Shown here: positions 19,896-28,892 of the stretch, one piece after another
Layout: every line of letters starts with the position of its first letter
Numbering within the stretch: the first letter of the stretch is position 1
Notes under the pieces: model-generated
What the model was told of the DNA's origin: nothing
The model's database searches: none
What the model saw: the letters and a program-made list of their open reading frames with translations, nothing else
Translations under genes and position numbers: made by a program
Origin: a virus
Taxonomy: Duplodnaviria; Heunggongvirae; Uroviricota; Caudoviricetes
Virus record (IMG/VR): IMGVR_UViG_2939127364_000004
Reading direction: 5' to 3' (one strand)
DNA length: 38,955 nucleotides

Positions 19896-20494
19896 TACGC
19901 AAACTCCAGTAGTTGTGCGGCCACATTTTCAACTTCCTCCTGAGAGGAGAATTTACGGAACAGAATCCAGTTCCACAGCACATTCAGTACAGATTTATAA
20001 ACCTGCTGAAACTCGACTTCGTCCATATTCGCAAAAGCGATGGATTTTGCCCGACGCCCACGGCTACCGTCCGGATAAATATGCTCGGTGTAAAATCCGG
20101 CCTGAATGGTTACCCACTCGCGGAAAGCCTCAAACGACTTTAGCAACGCCGTATCCCGGGTTCTACGAGTCGCAACGGTGTTAAGGTATTGCTCTGCGGC
20201 ATCACTCAGGGCTGGCGTGTGTTCCCGACCAACTGATTCGCACAGGTAATCAACGAAACCAGACAGCAGTTCTCGTTCGCGAGGCGTGATCGCCCCACCG
20301 ACCGGAGTCCAGTAATCGAATCCCAGTTGCAGGAGTTTGAAAAAACGCTTGTGGAATGCGTAGTTACGCACACGCTTAAAGTCTGCGTGTATCCACTCAC
20401 CTATTTTGATTTGATGCAGAAAATCGCAACTCTCCGGCGTCGCCGGGAGAAGTAAACCAGAAGAAGTTTGTTTGACCAGTTGTATATGCGCCAT
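19895..20494 (-). CDS. DUF1367 / YbcN-like Nin-region protein (199 aa)
   Basis: ORF with ATG 20494, translationally coupled (TAATG) to downstream gene; family assignment from recollection. Confidence 0.45.
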   Translation of the reverse strand: MAHIQLVKQTSSGLLLPATPESCDFLHQIKIGEWIHADFKRVRNYAFHKRFFKLLQLGFDYWTPVGGAITPRERELLSGFVDYLCESVGREHTPALSDAAEQYLNTVATRRTRDTALLKSFEAFREWVTIQAGFYTEHIYPDGSRGRRAKSIAFANMDEVEFQQVYKSVLNVLWNWILFRKFSSQEEVENVAAQLLEFA

Positions 20495-20767
20495 TTCTCA
20501 ATCTCTCGATGGCGCAGTGCAGCAGATGCCAGTTGTTCAGGCTGACGTATAAAGTATAAATAAACTGGTTCCAGTGTAAAGCCCCCACCTTAATGGAATA
20601 AAAACCAAACAACAGATTGCTGGGATACAAACAACGCTTATTATTAAAAGCGGTTAAACAAATTAAATTTTAATGTTATGCAAATTTGTCAGATCACCAT
20701 AATATCTCATTTGAAAACCGCTGAAATAACAATCCTATCAGGATTAATCATATTAAGGTGAGTAAAT

Positions 20768-20854
20768 ATGGAAAACAACAAATCTGCACATTACGCTCCT
20801 TTTTTATCTGTAATACTTTTTGTTTTTTGCTGTGTATGGGCATTATTTTTATAA
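20768..20854 (+). CDS. Candidate 28-aa hydrophobic small protein (MENNKSAHYAPFLSVILFVFCCVWALFL), not in ORF track
   Basis: ATG 20768 preceded by AAGGTGAG SD at 7-nt spacing; possible sigma70 promoter TTATGC-17-ATAATA about 50 bp upstream; single predicted TM helix; convergent with hokD. Confidence 0.3.
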   Translation: MENNKSAHYAPFLSVILFVFCCVWALFL

Positions 20855-20962
20855 AAATATTCACAGATAAAATAAACTCGCCGAATCAGGTTAAGTGTGG
20901 GTGCGTTGAGGATGCCTGACACATCAGAGGCGGCGAGGGATTTCTCCCTCGCCTAGTCACTC

Positions 20963-21118
20963 TTACTCCTCAGGTTCGTAAGCTGTGAAGACAGCGACCT
21001 CCGTCTGACCGGTTCGGATTCGCACCTCGCAGAGGTCTTTCCTCGTTACCAGTGCCGTCACTATGACGGTTAAACAGATGACAATCAGTGCGACTAACAT
21101 CGCCTTTTGCTGCTTCAT
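20963..21118 (-). CDS. hokD: Hok/Gef-family type I toxin HokD (51 aa)
   Basis: MKQQKAMLVALIVICLTVIVTALVTRKDLCEVRIRTGQTEVAVFTAYEPEE; stable GGCGAGGGA-tttc-TCCCTCGCC hairpin 10 nt past the stop at 20932-20953. Confidence 0.85.
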   Translation of the reverse strand: MKQQKAMLVALIVICLTVIVTALVTRKDLCEVRIRTGQTEVAVFTAYEPEE

Positions 21119-21838
21119 AGCCTGCTTCTCCTTGCCTTCCGGCGCGTAAGAGGCTAACCTACATGTGCAAAGCATGAAATTGGCCTCAGATTAATGTTAA
21201 GCGTCTTGCCGGACGCGTAATGTTATCTGGGGCTTTTCTCTATCTGCCTTTGGTGTTCATGCCTGAGGCAGATAGCCTCAAGCACCCGCAGCAATTCTAC
21301 TTAACTCCCGTCACCTCGCCAATATAAAATCAATCAGAAAGGCGATCCATAAGAACAACAGCAAGACAATAAATTGCCATTACAGCCGCAATAGCTAGCG
21401 CACATTTGAGAACCAGCACGACAACCTCCTGTATTGGACGTACACCAGTTCTGATAAATATGAGGCTGTCTCATCATTGATTCAATATAACTATTGGGTA
21501 TAGTTTCTGTGATTTTGTTCTGTAGAAATGGAACACAACAACCAGTCACCACCAGCACTTCTTTAAATACGCCAAGTCCGACGCAAGCTAACCTTCTAGT
21601 CCGCTTTGAGCGAGGAGCGGACCAAACCCGGCCAACTGACTCTTAAAGGGGCCGCAGGAATTTTTCGTCTGAACTTTCGAAGCTCCTCTCCCTGAAGACA
21701 GAAAACTTCTGTGTGCTGTGGGAATATTGAATCTTTGCCTTAGATATAAATAATTTTATCCCGCCTGAAGTTTACATTATTTTATTTATCTGTTTTTCTA
21801 AATCAGACTGCACTCCTTACTTAAATCAGGAGCCAGTC

Positions 21839-23038
21839 ATGCCATTTGTTATTTATGTGTTTACTATCAGTGCCTTTGCGCTCGGACTCGCGGAATTTGT
21901 CCCCATTGGGCTGACAGACGTTATGGCTCAGGGGTTGTGTGTGGGTGTGGAGCAGACCGGGGCAGCGGTTACAACCTATGCACTGGGGGCAACGTTCGCG
22001 GCACCCGTACTGTCTGCGCTGACAGCAAGCTGGAGCCGGAAAAATGTAATGCTTACAACTGCCGTTGTGTTTACTGCCGGTAGTCTGGCGGCCGCGTTTG
22101 CAGCCACATTACCTCAGCTCCTGTTAGCGCGGTTCATTGCTGGTCTGGGACACGGCCTGTTTCTGGCTGCGGCATCCAGTACCGCAGCTCGTCTTGCTGG
22201 ACCGGGTAAAGCAGGCAGAGCGGTGGCTGTGGTATTTGGTGGCTTTACTCTGGCGATGGCAATCGGCGTACCGCTGAGTACATGGTTGGGGGGGGTGGTC
22301 TCATGGCGTCCAGTTCTCGGCGCTATTGCCGCTTTTGGCGCGTTCGGATTCCTTGGACTGTTGTTCGGTATGAAAGATCCCGTACGCAGCGTGCCCGGTG
22401 AACATAGTGACTCAGCAATGCAGAATATCGGCATGCTGTTTAACCGTAAGTTGCTGGCCGGCGCGCTGGTTACGGTGCTGGCGTATGCAGGCTCGTTTAC
22501 GGATTACACCTTTATCGCACCTATTCTGACGCAGGTGACAGGGGTTACCGGAGCAACGGTGAGTCTGTTTATGCTGGTTTACGGTATTACAGCTGCGGTA
22601 GGTAATATTCTTGGTGGGAAACTTACCGACAGCATGGGGGTTAATCGTGCCAATATACTCATCATTAGCGGCATTGTTGTTGTCGTGCTTGGTATGTGGC
22701 TGCTGTCATCCTCACCGGTGAGCATGGGCATTCTGGTTGCGCTGCTGGGTATGGTGACATTTGCCGCAGTGCCGGCACTGCAGGCCCGTCTGATTGGTGT
22801 CGCTGAGCAACATGCTCCTCATGCGCATGGTGTTGCTGCCGGCCTGAATATTGCGGGCTTCAACTCAGGTATAGCGCTGGGATCAGTACTGGGCAGCATT
22901 ACTATAAGCCACGCCGGTATCGTGTATACCGGTATCAGCGGTGCGATTGTTTCTCTGCTCGGCCTGCTGTTGCTGCTTGCACAAATCCGTCGCAGCCACA
23001 GTCGTAAATTTCAACAGGTTAAAATCGTAGGCCAGTAA
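21839..23038 (+). CDS. MFS transporter (12-TM, 399 aa)
   Basis: AGGAG SD; hydrophobic 12-helix pattern, Gly/Ala-rich, central cytoplasmic loop. Confidence 0.8.
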   Translation: MPFVIYVFTISAFALGLAEFVPIGLTDVMAQGLCVGVEQTGAAVTTYALGATFAAPVLSALTASWSRKNVMLTTAVVFTAGSLAAAFAATLPQLLLARFIAGLGHGLFLAAASSTAARLAGPGKAGRAVAVVFGGFTLAMAIGVPLSTWLGGVVSWRPVLGAIAAFGAFGFLGLLFGMKDPVRSVPGEHSDSAMQNIGMLFNRKLLAGALVTVLAYAGSFTDYTFIAPILTQVTGVTGATVSLFMLVYGITAAVGNILGGKLTDSMGVNRANILIISGIVVVVLGMWLLSSSPVSMGILVALLGMVTFAAVPALQARLIGVAEQHAPHAHGVAAGLNIAGFNSGIALGSVLGSITISHAGIVYTGISGAIVSLLGLLLLLAQIRRSHSRKFQQVKIVGQ

Positions 23039-23049
23039 AGGGAGGTTAT

Positions 23050-23742
23050 ATGCTTACCCGTGAAAATATGCTTAATGGCACATTTGTCAGGGTGCATGAA
23101 GCGCTGCTCCCGGCGAATATGCTCTGGGACGCTGAAAAAATACGCGCATCAATGAACTCTACTCTGGAGGAGCGCCCGACGGGTGCTCCTGTCTGGATAT
23201 TTGCCTACGGGTCATTGATGTGGAATCCCGTGCTGGCGATTGAAGAAATGCAACGGGCCCGTCTGAAAGGATGGCAGCGCAGTTTCTGCATTCGTTTGAT
23301 ATCCGGACGAGCGACTCCTGATGTCCCCGGCAGGATGTTATCGCTCGACGAAGGTGGAATTACCGAAGGTATTGCGTTCAGACTGCCGGAATCGACTCTT
23401 ATTAATGAGCTGGAAATTGTCTGGACGCGCGAGATGATAACCGGTCTTTACCGTCCGGTCTGGGCAGACGTTTCGCTAGGAAACGGTGAGGAAATTCAGG
23501 CGCTGGCTTTCGTATCAGACAGACTGCATCCGCATTATGAACAGGACAATCTTACAGCGACCGTAGCGTTGAGCATCGCATCTGCCCGTGGAGACATTGG
23601 CACGAATGCAGATTATGTATGGAAACTGCAGGCCACTCTGGGTGCGTTGGGAATACGGGATGATTACGTGAGTGAACTGGCCCTTGCTCTGCATGAGGCT
23701 CCCTGTAACGATAAACTTCATCAGCGAGGCGCTTCACTATGA
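23050..23742 (+). CDS. ChaC-family gamma-glutamylcyclotransferase-like protein
   Basis: GGAGG SD; WIFAYGSLMWNP (YGSL motif) and overall similarity to ChaC; 230 aa. Confidence 0.7.
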   Translation: MLTRENMLNGTFVRVHEALLPANMLWDAEKIRASMNSTLEERPTGAPVWIFAYGSLMWNPVLAIEEMQRARLKGWQRSFCIRLISGRATPDVPGRMLSLDEGGITEGIAFRLPESTLINELEIVWTREMITGLYRPVWADVSLGNGEEIQALAFVSDRLHPHYEQDNLTATVALSIASARGDIGTNADYVWKLQATLGALGIRDDYVSELALALHEAPCNDKLHQRGASL

Positions 23743-24620
23743 GCCATCTGAGCCATCTGCGAACGTTTCTTGAGGCCTATCGCTCTGGCTCCTTTTCAAA
23801 GGCGGCAGAACTACTGGGCATCACTCAGCCCGCGGCGTCACAGCATATCCAGTCTCTTGAGACTCTGGTTGGTAAGCGTCTGTTTATCAGGCAGGCCAGA
23901 GGCGTGACGGCAACCGAAGCTGCGGATGAGCTTGCCCGCTCAGTTTCACCCTTCATTGATGGTCTGGAAGAAAAGCTGTCCTCTTTCCGGTCAGGCTCTG
24001 TACGCGGGGGAACAATTAATCTGGCAGGACCGCCAGATTTTATTCATTCCCGGCTTGGGACAGTAATGGCTCCACTAATGAAGGAGGGGTATCGCCTACG
24101 CTTTCATACCGGCAATAAGCAACGTATTTATTCCCTTTTGCATGACGGGAGCGCCGATCTCGCTGTTACCGCATCTATGCCTGATGACCGTCTGTACGGC
24201 TATGCACATCTACTGACTGAACGCATGCTCCTTGTTCATGCTCCCGCCATGTCAGAGATCATCGGATCAGAACCTGGTGCTGAAACGCTTGCCTCATTAC
24301 CGCTGATTGCTTATGACGAAGAGTTGCCACTGATTAGAGCGCTCTGGGCCTCCATGTTTCAGAGAGCCCCTGAGATGCAGGCTACATTCACCATTCCGGA
24401 TTTACGTATTATCCGCGACTTGGTCTGTGACGGCCACGGGTGGACAGTGCTGCCGGATTATCACTGTGACAATGACCTGAAAAGTGGTCGCCTGATTTCA
24501 GTGACACCTGCAGACCTCGCTCCGACTAATCATCTTTATCTGGTCTGGAACAAAAGGACGGCTAATAACAGCCGAACCGCCTATGTTCGGGATTACATTC
24601 TTAAAACGTTTCCGCGTTGA
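23739..24620 (+). CDS. LysR-type transcriptional regulator
   Basis: N-terminal HTH LRTFLEAYRSGSFSKAAELLGITQPAASQHIQSLE; start overlaps ChaC stop (ATGA). Confidence 0.85.
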   Translation: MSHLSHLRTFLEAYRSGSFSKAAELLGITQPAASQHIQSLETLVGKRLFIRQARGVTATEAADELARSVSPFIDGLEEKLSSFRSGSVRGGTINLAGPPDFIHSRLGTVMAPLMKEGYRLRFHTGNKQRIYSLLHDGSADLAVTASMPDDRLYGYAHLLTERMLLVHAPAMSEIIGSEPGAETLASLPLIAYDEELPLIRALWASMFQRAPEMQATFTIPDLRIIRDLVCDGHGWTVLPDYHCDNDLKSGRLISVTPADLAPTNHLYLVWNKRTANNSRTAYVRDYILKTFPR

Positions 24621-24750
24621 TGTTTGAAACGGATGATTGGCGATGCGTATCATAAGTTACGTATGTCCGCTTCTGGCACAAAGCAGACGCCCACTCTCAC
24701 GCGAATGCTTTGCCCTTGACTTGCCAACAACCGTATCGCTTGCTCCGCAA

Positions 24751-26043
24751 CTATGGTTTTTTATTAGAATCTTCGCCACTAAATAAATTATAATAAATTG
24801 ATTTTATTAGATATCTGTCAGAATCTATATGGTCAGCACGAGTAGCATGCTCTAATGTTTCAAATGCTAGGGTTTGTGCGGCTTCAGCAAAAATTCCAGG
24901 CCAACCCTTACTCAGCATCGACAGTCCTTTAAGTACCCTTATCTGAATTTCCCTCATACTGGCACCATCGCGCGCAACAGGTGAGAAAAAGTCTTCAAGT
25001 AGATCGTTATTCTGAAGTGGTGCAACATGTACAGAAGGATATTTCACTTCTATTTCATCAGATTTATTCTGCGCGTAAGCGGAAAGTATACGTACACCTC
25101 TGCCAATGACATCAATGGCGGTTCCTGGATCGTTCACTGCGGGGGAAAGGGCTCGGCAGGCTATTTCGGCCATGACGCTAAGACAAAATCGGGGGTCCTG
25201 AGCAAATGAACGTACATCCGAGACAATAATCGTCTCAAGTAAATCGGTGCTGATTGATGACTCCTGGCCCTGACTCAGGTACAAAACTGGCGTGGACGGA
25301 TGTATGAAACTGCCCGGCTGCGCCACGAGGTATACATGACGGGGATCATTGGTCAGCAGCTTGCTGAGTTTCACCATATCAACATATTCAACATAGCCAA
25401 TCTTTTTCGGATAAACTGCAACCGTTCCTTTCGGCTGTTCATTGTTCTCAAGCCATGGATATCCGCCGAGACAGGGATTTCTTGCTCTCGCAATAAATGT
25501 TTCGATGGCCGCCTGTTCTACTTTTGCCGTTGTCTCACCAACCCTCCCCAGAGAGGTCAAATGCTGTATCCAGCGAAGCAATGTGATGAGGATTAAGGCA
25601 ATGACAACCAGTGTTACAATGAATAAAATGACTCTCCCCCTTTCTCCATAAGCTCCCATATTGAGGGCAATAATCCCTACCAGACTGAAGAGAAAAGAAC
25701 CGATGAAGGTGGCCAGTACATTTTGTGTGGTGACGTCTTCAACAACTAAACGAGTAGCTCTGGGAGTCACATTAGTAGTGGCTGAACCGTAGGCTGTGAC
25801 CATGATGCTCAGCGAAAATGTGGTCACTGCCAGCATACTCGATGCCAGTATGTTCAGAATGTTATCGACTGCTTCCGCACCAACCTTCACGGAAACCGAC
25901 TCAGGTATCATTGATTTAAAAAGAATTGATAAAAGGGCCGTTATTATTGCGACAATTGCGAATAACGTTGCCCTGAACCATAGTTTTTTAAATGTCTGCT
26001 TCAGCATCCATTTCCAGCGTGAAATCATTCTGCATTCCCTCAT
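24751..26043 (-). CDS. DUF2254-family membrane protein (N-terminal TM domain plus soluble C-terminal domain)
   Basis: 430-aa ORF with 4-5 N-terminal TM helices; family from recollection; alternative start at 26028 has better SD. Confidence 0.5.
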   Translation of the reverse strand: MRECRMISRWKWMLKQTFKKLWFRATLFAIVAIITALLSILFKSMIPESVSVKVGAEAVDNILNILASSMLAVTTFSLSIMVTAYGSATTNVTPRATRLVVEDVTTQNVLATFIGSFLFSLVGIIALNMGAYGERGRVILFIVTLVVIALILITLLRWIQHLTSLGRVGETTAKVEQAAIETFIARARNPCLGGYPWLENNEQPKGTVAVYPKKIGYVEYVDMVKLSKLLTNDPRHVYLVAQPGSFIHPSTPVLYLSQGQESSISTDLLETIIVSDVRSFAQDPRFCLSVMAEIACRALSPAVNDPGTAIDVIGRGVRILSAYAQNKSDEIEVKYPSVHVAPLQNNDLLEDFFSPVARDGASMREIQIRVLKGLSMLSKGWPGIFAEAAQTLAFETLEHATRADHIDSDRYLIKSIYYNLFSGEDSNKKP

Positions 26044-26063
26044 ATTGCAGCCGGGATAAATAA

Positions 26064-26084
26064 ATGCCGCCTCTGTGGCGGCAT
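26064..26084 (-). terminator. Intrinsic terminator downstream of BCCT transporter gene
   Basis: Minus strand ATGCCGCC-acaga-GGCGGCAT followed by TTATTTAT. Confidence 0.5.
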
Positions 26085-26091
26085 GTTGCTG

Positions 26092-28095
26092 TTAACGAAC
26101 CAGATGCAGGAAGTGCAGGTGTTTTTCGTACTGGTCCAGTATGTCATTAATCAGCTGTTCCTGATTCCAGCCCATTACATCATAATTTTGGCCGCCCTCT
26201 TTGAGATAGACTTCAGCGCGATAATATCGATGTTGTTCACTCTGCTGCTCATCATTATCCAGCGCAGCGAGCGCGAAGGTCGGTGAGTTATACCCGCGAA
26301 GCCTCACTTCATATATATAATTCAGCTCGTTGCCCAAATCGACTTCAAGGCGAATACGATCCTCGGCGGCGTCACTGATGTGGCTTATCGTTCCCTGCTT
26401 GTTAAGTTCCTCCTGAACCAGCGTCATGGCGGGTTGGATAATGTCGTCCATAAAACGTTTCACAAGAGAGCGCTTCGGCAAATACGCGATATTGCGTAAC
26501 CTTCTCTGCCAGGGAATTGGGTTACGTGCAGCCGTAGGAGCAATAGTCGCCATGCTAAGGCTTTCACGCTTGGTCAAATCCCGACGCAGGGCTTTTAACA
26601 GTCCGTATATGGATATTAATAAGATAACTGAGAAGGGCAATGCACTCGCTATCGTTACGGTTTGCAACGCACTCAGCCCCCCTGCGATCAGCAGGGCAAT
26701 AGCAACAACGCCCATGAGCGATGCCCAGAAAATTCGCTGCCAGACGGGCGTGTTTGCCACCCCACCTGATGCCAGAGTATCCACAACCATTGCCCCCGAA
26801 TCAGCAGACGTTACAAAGAAGACGATGACCATCGCCATTGCAATGAATGACAGCACGGAAGAGAACGGGAAATGCTCCAGGAAATTAAACAGGGCAAGCG
26901 CAACATCCTGCTGAACGGTATTGGCGAGGTCAGTGGCGCCCTGGTTCATGATGAGATAGATGGCGCTGTTTCCAAACACCGTCATCCACATGAGCGTAAA
27001 GCCGGCGGGAACAAACAACACGCCAGTCACGAACTCACGAATTGTCCTGCCGCGGGAAACGCGTGCAATGAACATACCTACAAACGGCGACCATGAAAGC
27101 CACCATCCCCAGTATAATAATGTCCAGCCCCCCAGCCAGTTGCTCGACTTGGGTTCATACGCGTAAAGGTTGAACGTTTTACTCACCAGTTCCGACAGAT
27201 AACCACCCGTATTTTCCACAAATGACTTCAGCAGAAGCACAGTGGGACCCAGGCACAAGACCAGCGCCAGGAGCAACACCGCCAGGCCCAGATTAAGCTC
27301 AGACAGGATGCGTATTCCCTTGTCCAGGCCGGACACCACCGAAATCGTCGCTAACCCCGTGATGACCACGATCAAAATGACCTGTACCGTTTCATTGATG
27401 GGCACGCCGAAAAGATGGTTCAAACCGGCATTCACCTGCAATACACCGTAACCCAGCGATGTTGCAACGCCAAAGACAGTGCCTATCACGGCGAAGATAT
27501 CAACCGCGTGGCCTATAGGCCCGTAAATGCGATCGCCGATAATGGGATAGAGCGCAGAACGCAGCGTTAAAGGCAGACCGTGACGGTAACTGAAAAAGGC
27601 CAGAATCAGCGCCACGATGGCATAAATTGCCCATGCGTGCAGACCCCAGTGGAAGAACGTCAGGCGCATGGCTTCCTTCGCTGCCGCAACGGTCTCTGGA
27701 GTGCCGACAGGTGGCGAAAGATAATGCATCACAGGTTCGGCAACGCCAAAGAACATCAGGCCGATCCCCATCCCTGCCGAAAAAAGCATCGCGAACCAGG
27801 AGTGGTAGCTGAAATCAGGCTGCGCATGGTCTGGGCCCAGCTTTATATCACCGTAACGTGAGAGTCCAAGGAACGTGACGCTCAGTAAAATCAGGGCCAC
27901 AGCAAGTATGTAGAACCAGCTGGCATTCGTGAAGATTTGTTGCTGAAGTAGTTTAAAATTTTTGTCGGCGACATCCGGGAATACGGCGGCAAAGGCGACA
28001 AGAAGGAAAATTAGCAAAGCAGATGTAAAGAATACCGCTTTGTTAATCTGGCTTGTAGACTTCTTTGGGGTTGTATCATTTTCACTCATAATCAT
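26092..28095 (-). CDS. BCCT-family transporter, BetT-like (667 aa with long cytoplasmic C-terminal tail)
   Basis: Conserved BCCT blocks (WTLLYWGWWLSWSPFVGMFIARVSRGRTIREF); length and C-terminal extension as in choline transporter BetT but sequence clearly distinct from E. coli BetT. Confidence 0.85.
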   Translation of the reverse strand: MIMSENDTTPKKSTSQINKAVFFTSALLIFLLVAFAAVFPDVADKNFKLLQQQIFTNASWFYILAVALILLSVTFLGLSRYGDIKLGPDHAQPDFSYHSWFAMLFSAGMGIGLMFFGVAEPVMHYLSPPVGTPETVAAAKEAMRLTFFHWGLHAWAIYAIVALILAFFSYRHGLPLTLRSALYPIIGDRIYGPIGHAVDIFAVIGTVFGVATSLGYGVLQVNAGLNHLFGVPINETVQVILIVVITGLATISVVSGLDKGIRILSELNLGLAVLLLALVLCLGPTVLLLKSFVENTGGYLSELVSKTFNLYAYEPKSSNWLGGWTLLYWGWWLSWSPFVGMFIARVSRGRTIREFVTGVLFVPAGFTLMWMTVFGNSAIYLIMNQGATDLANTVQQDVALALFNFLEHFPFSSVLSFIAMAMVIVFFVTSADSGAMVVDTLASGGVANTPVWQRIFWASLMGVVAIALLIAGGLSALQTVTIASALPFSVILLISIYGLLKALRRDLTKRESLSMATIAPTAARNPIPWQRRLRNIAYLPKRSLVKRFMDDIIQPAMTLVQEELNKQGTISHISDAAEDRIRLEVDLGNELNYIYEVRLRGYNSPTFALAALDNDEQQSEQHRYYRAEVYLKEGGQNYDVMGWNQEQLINDILDQYEKHLHFLHLVR

Positions 28096-28429
28096 TTATT
28101 CCATTAATTAAATCCGCACTGGATAGAAGGTACTACCTCTCACAGAGTAGCAAAGTTCAACTGGCTATGCGGGGTTAATCGGAATGCATGGTGGAATGAG
28201 TGCCGATACAAATCATCCTATATTCTAAGGAGTTTTAAGTTACTCAGCCTGCCAATTACTGGGGCATTTAATTTGTATGATCTGTATCAAAGCTGGGATA
28301 TAAGTTAAGTGAAGTATATTAGGCACGAATTACCAGCGTCTGCTCTTGGCACAAAGCGGACAACCACGCTAGCTCTACCCTGTGCCACAAAATGTCAATT
28401 TGCATCTGAACTAATGCACTTTAATCTCG

Positions 28430-28852
28430 TCACTTCAATAAATACCGAACATCCCCCTGATAAAACGACAATATGCGCTGCATAACTTCGCTCTTCCGGC
28501 ACTCGCGACAGATTATGTTTAGGCGACTGTCGTAGCGACGTATTTCTCCGTCAGGTAATGACCAGATAAGGTCCGGATCAACCACAACCGGTTTCTTCAG
28601 CTTTGCCCTCGATAATTTTTTGCGGGCATTTTGCCAGTCTTTACGAGCCTGTTCAGACGGGAATAACCCGTAGCCAGAATTGTATACATCGCCACTGGCA
28701 ACCAGCTCTCTGGCCAGAACGCTCATCAGATATCTTGTTGCCCCAGTTTTAGCTTCCAGTTGTCGTAACGTCTCGCGCCCACTCTGGCGTACGAGTTCAA
28801 GAACCTGCCCTTTAATTTTTTCCCGCTCTTCTTGTGTAAAAACTTTTGCCAC
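28430..28852 (-). CDS. Hypothetical protein (140 aa) downstream of replication initiator; possibly replication-associated
   Basis: GTG start 28852 with AGGAGG SD; basic, possible winged-helix N-terminus; occupies the position where a helicase loader is normally found. Confidence 0.4.
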   Translation of the reverse strand: MAKVFTQEEREKIKGQVLELVRQSGRETLRQLEAKTGATRYLMSVLARELVASGDVYNSGYGLFPSEQARKDWQNARKKLSRAKLKKPVVVDPDLIWSLPDGEIRRYDSRLNIICRECRKSEVMQRILSFYQGDVRYLLK

Positions 28853-28892
28853 AAGCCCTCCTGAAAATTACCTCATGACCAGAAATTAACAC

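Noticed and set aside
21334-21558. Cys-rich 74-aa ORF (ends ...CASYCGCNGNLLSCCCSYGSPF) on the minus strand upstream of the MFS operon
   Set aside because: GTG-initiated in the track, internal ATGs lack any SD, no promoter or terminator context; most likely a chance ORF in the hokD leader region.
24665-28363. Two similar ~26-bp hairpin-forming segments (GTCCGCTTCTGGCACAAAGCAGACGC at 24665-24690 and GTCTGCTCTTGGCACAAAGCGGAC at 28338-28361) flanking the DUF2254-BCCT segment; considered as att-like direct repeats of an inserted islet
   Set aside because: Only about 20 of 26 positions match and the shared exact core is 11 bp; by rough estimate dozens of such matches are expected by chance in a 39-kb window, and no integrase or transposase is associated. 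Could still be REP-like elements but the evidence is insufficient.
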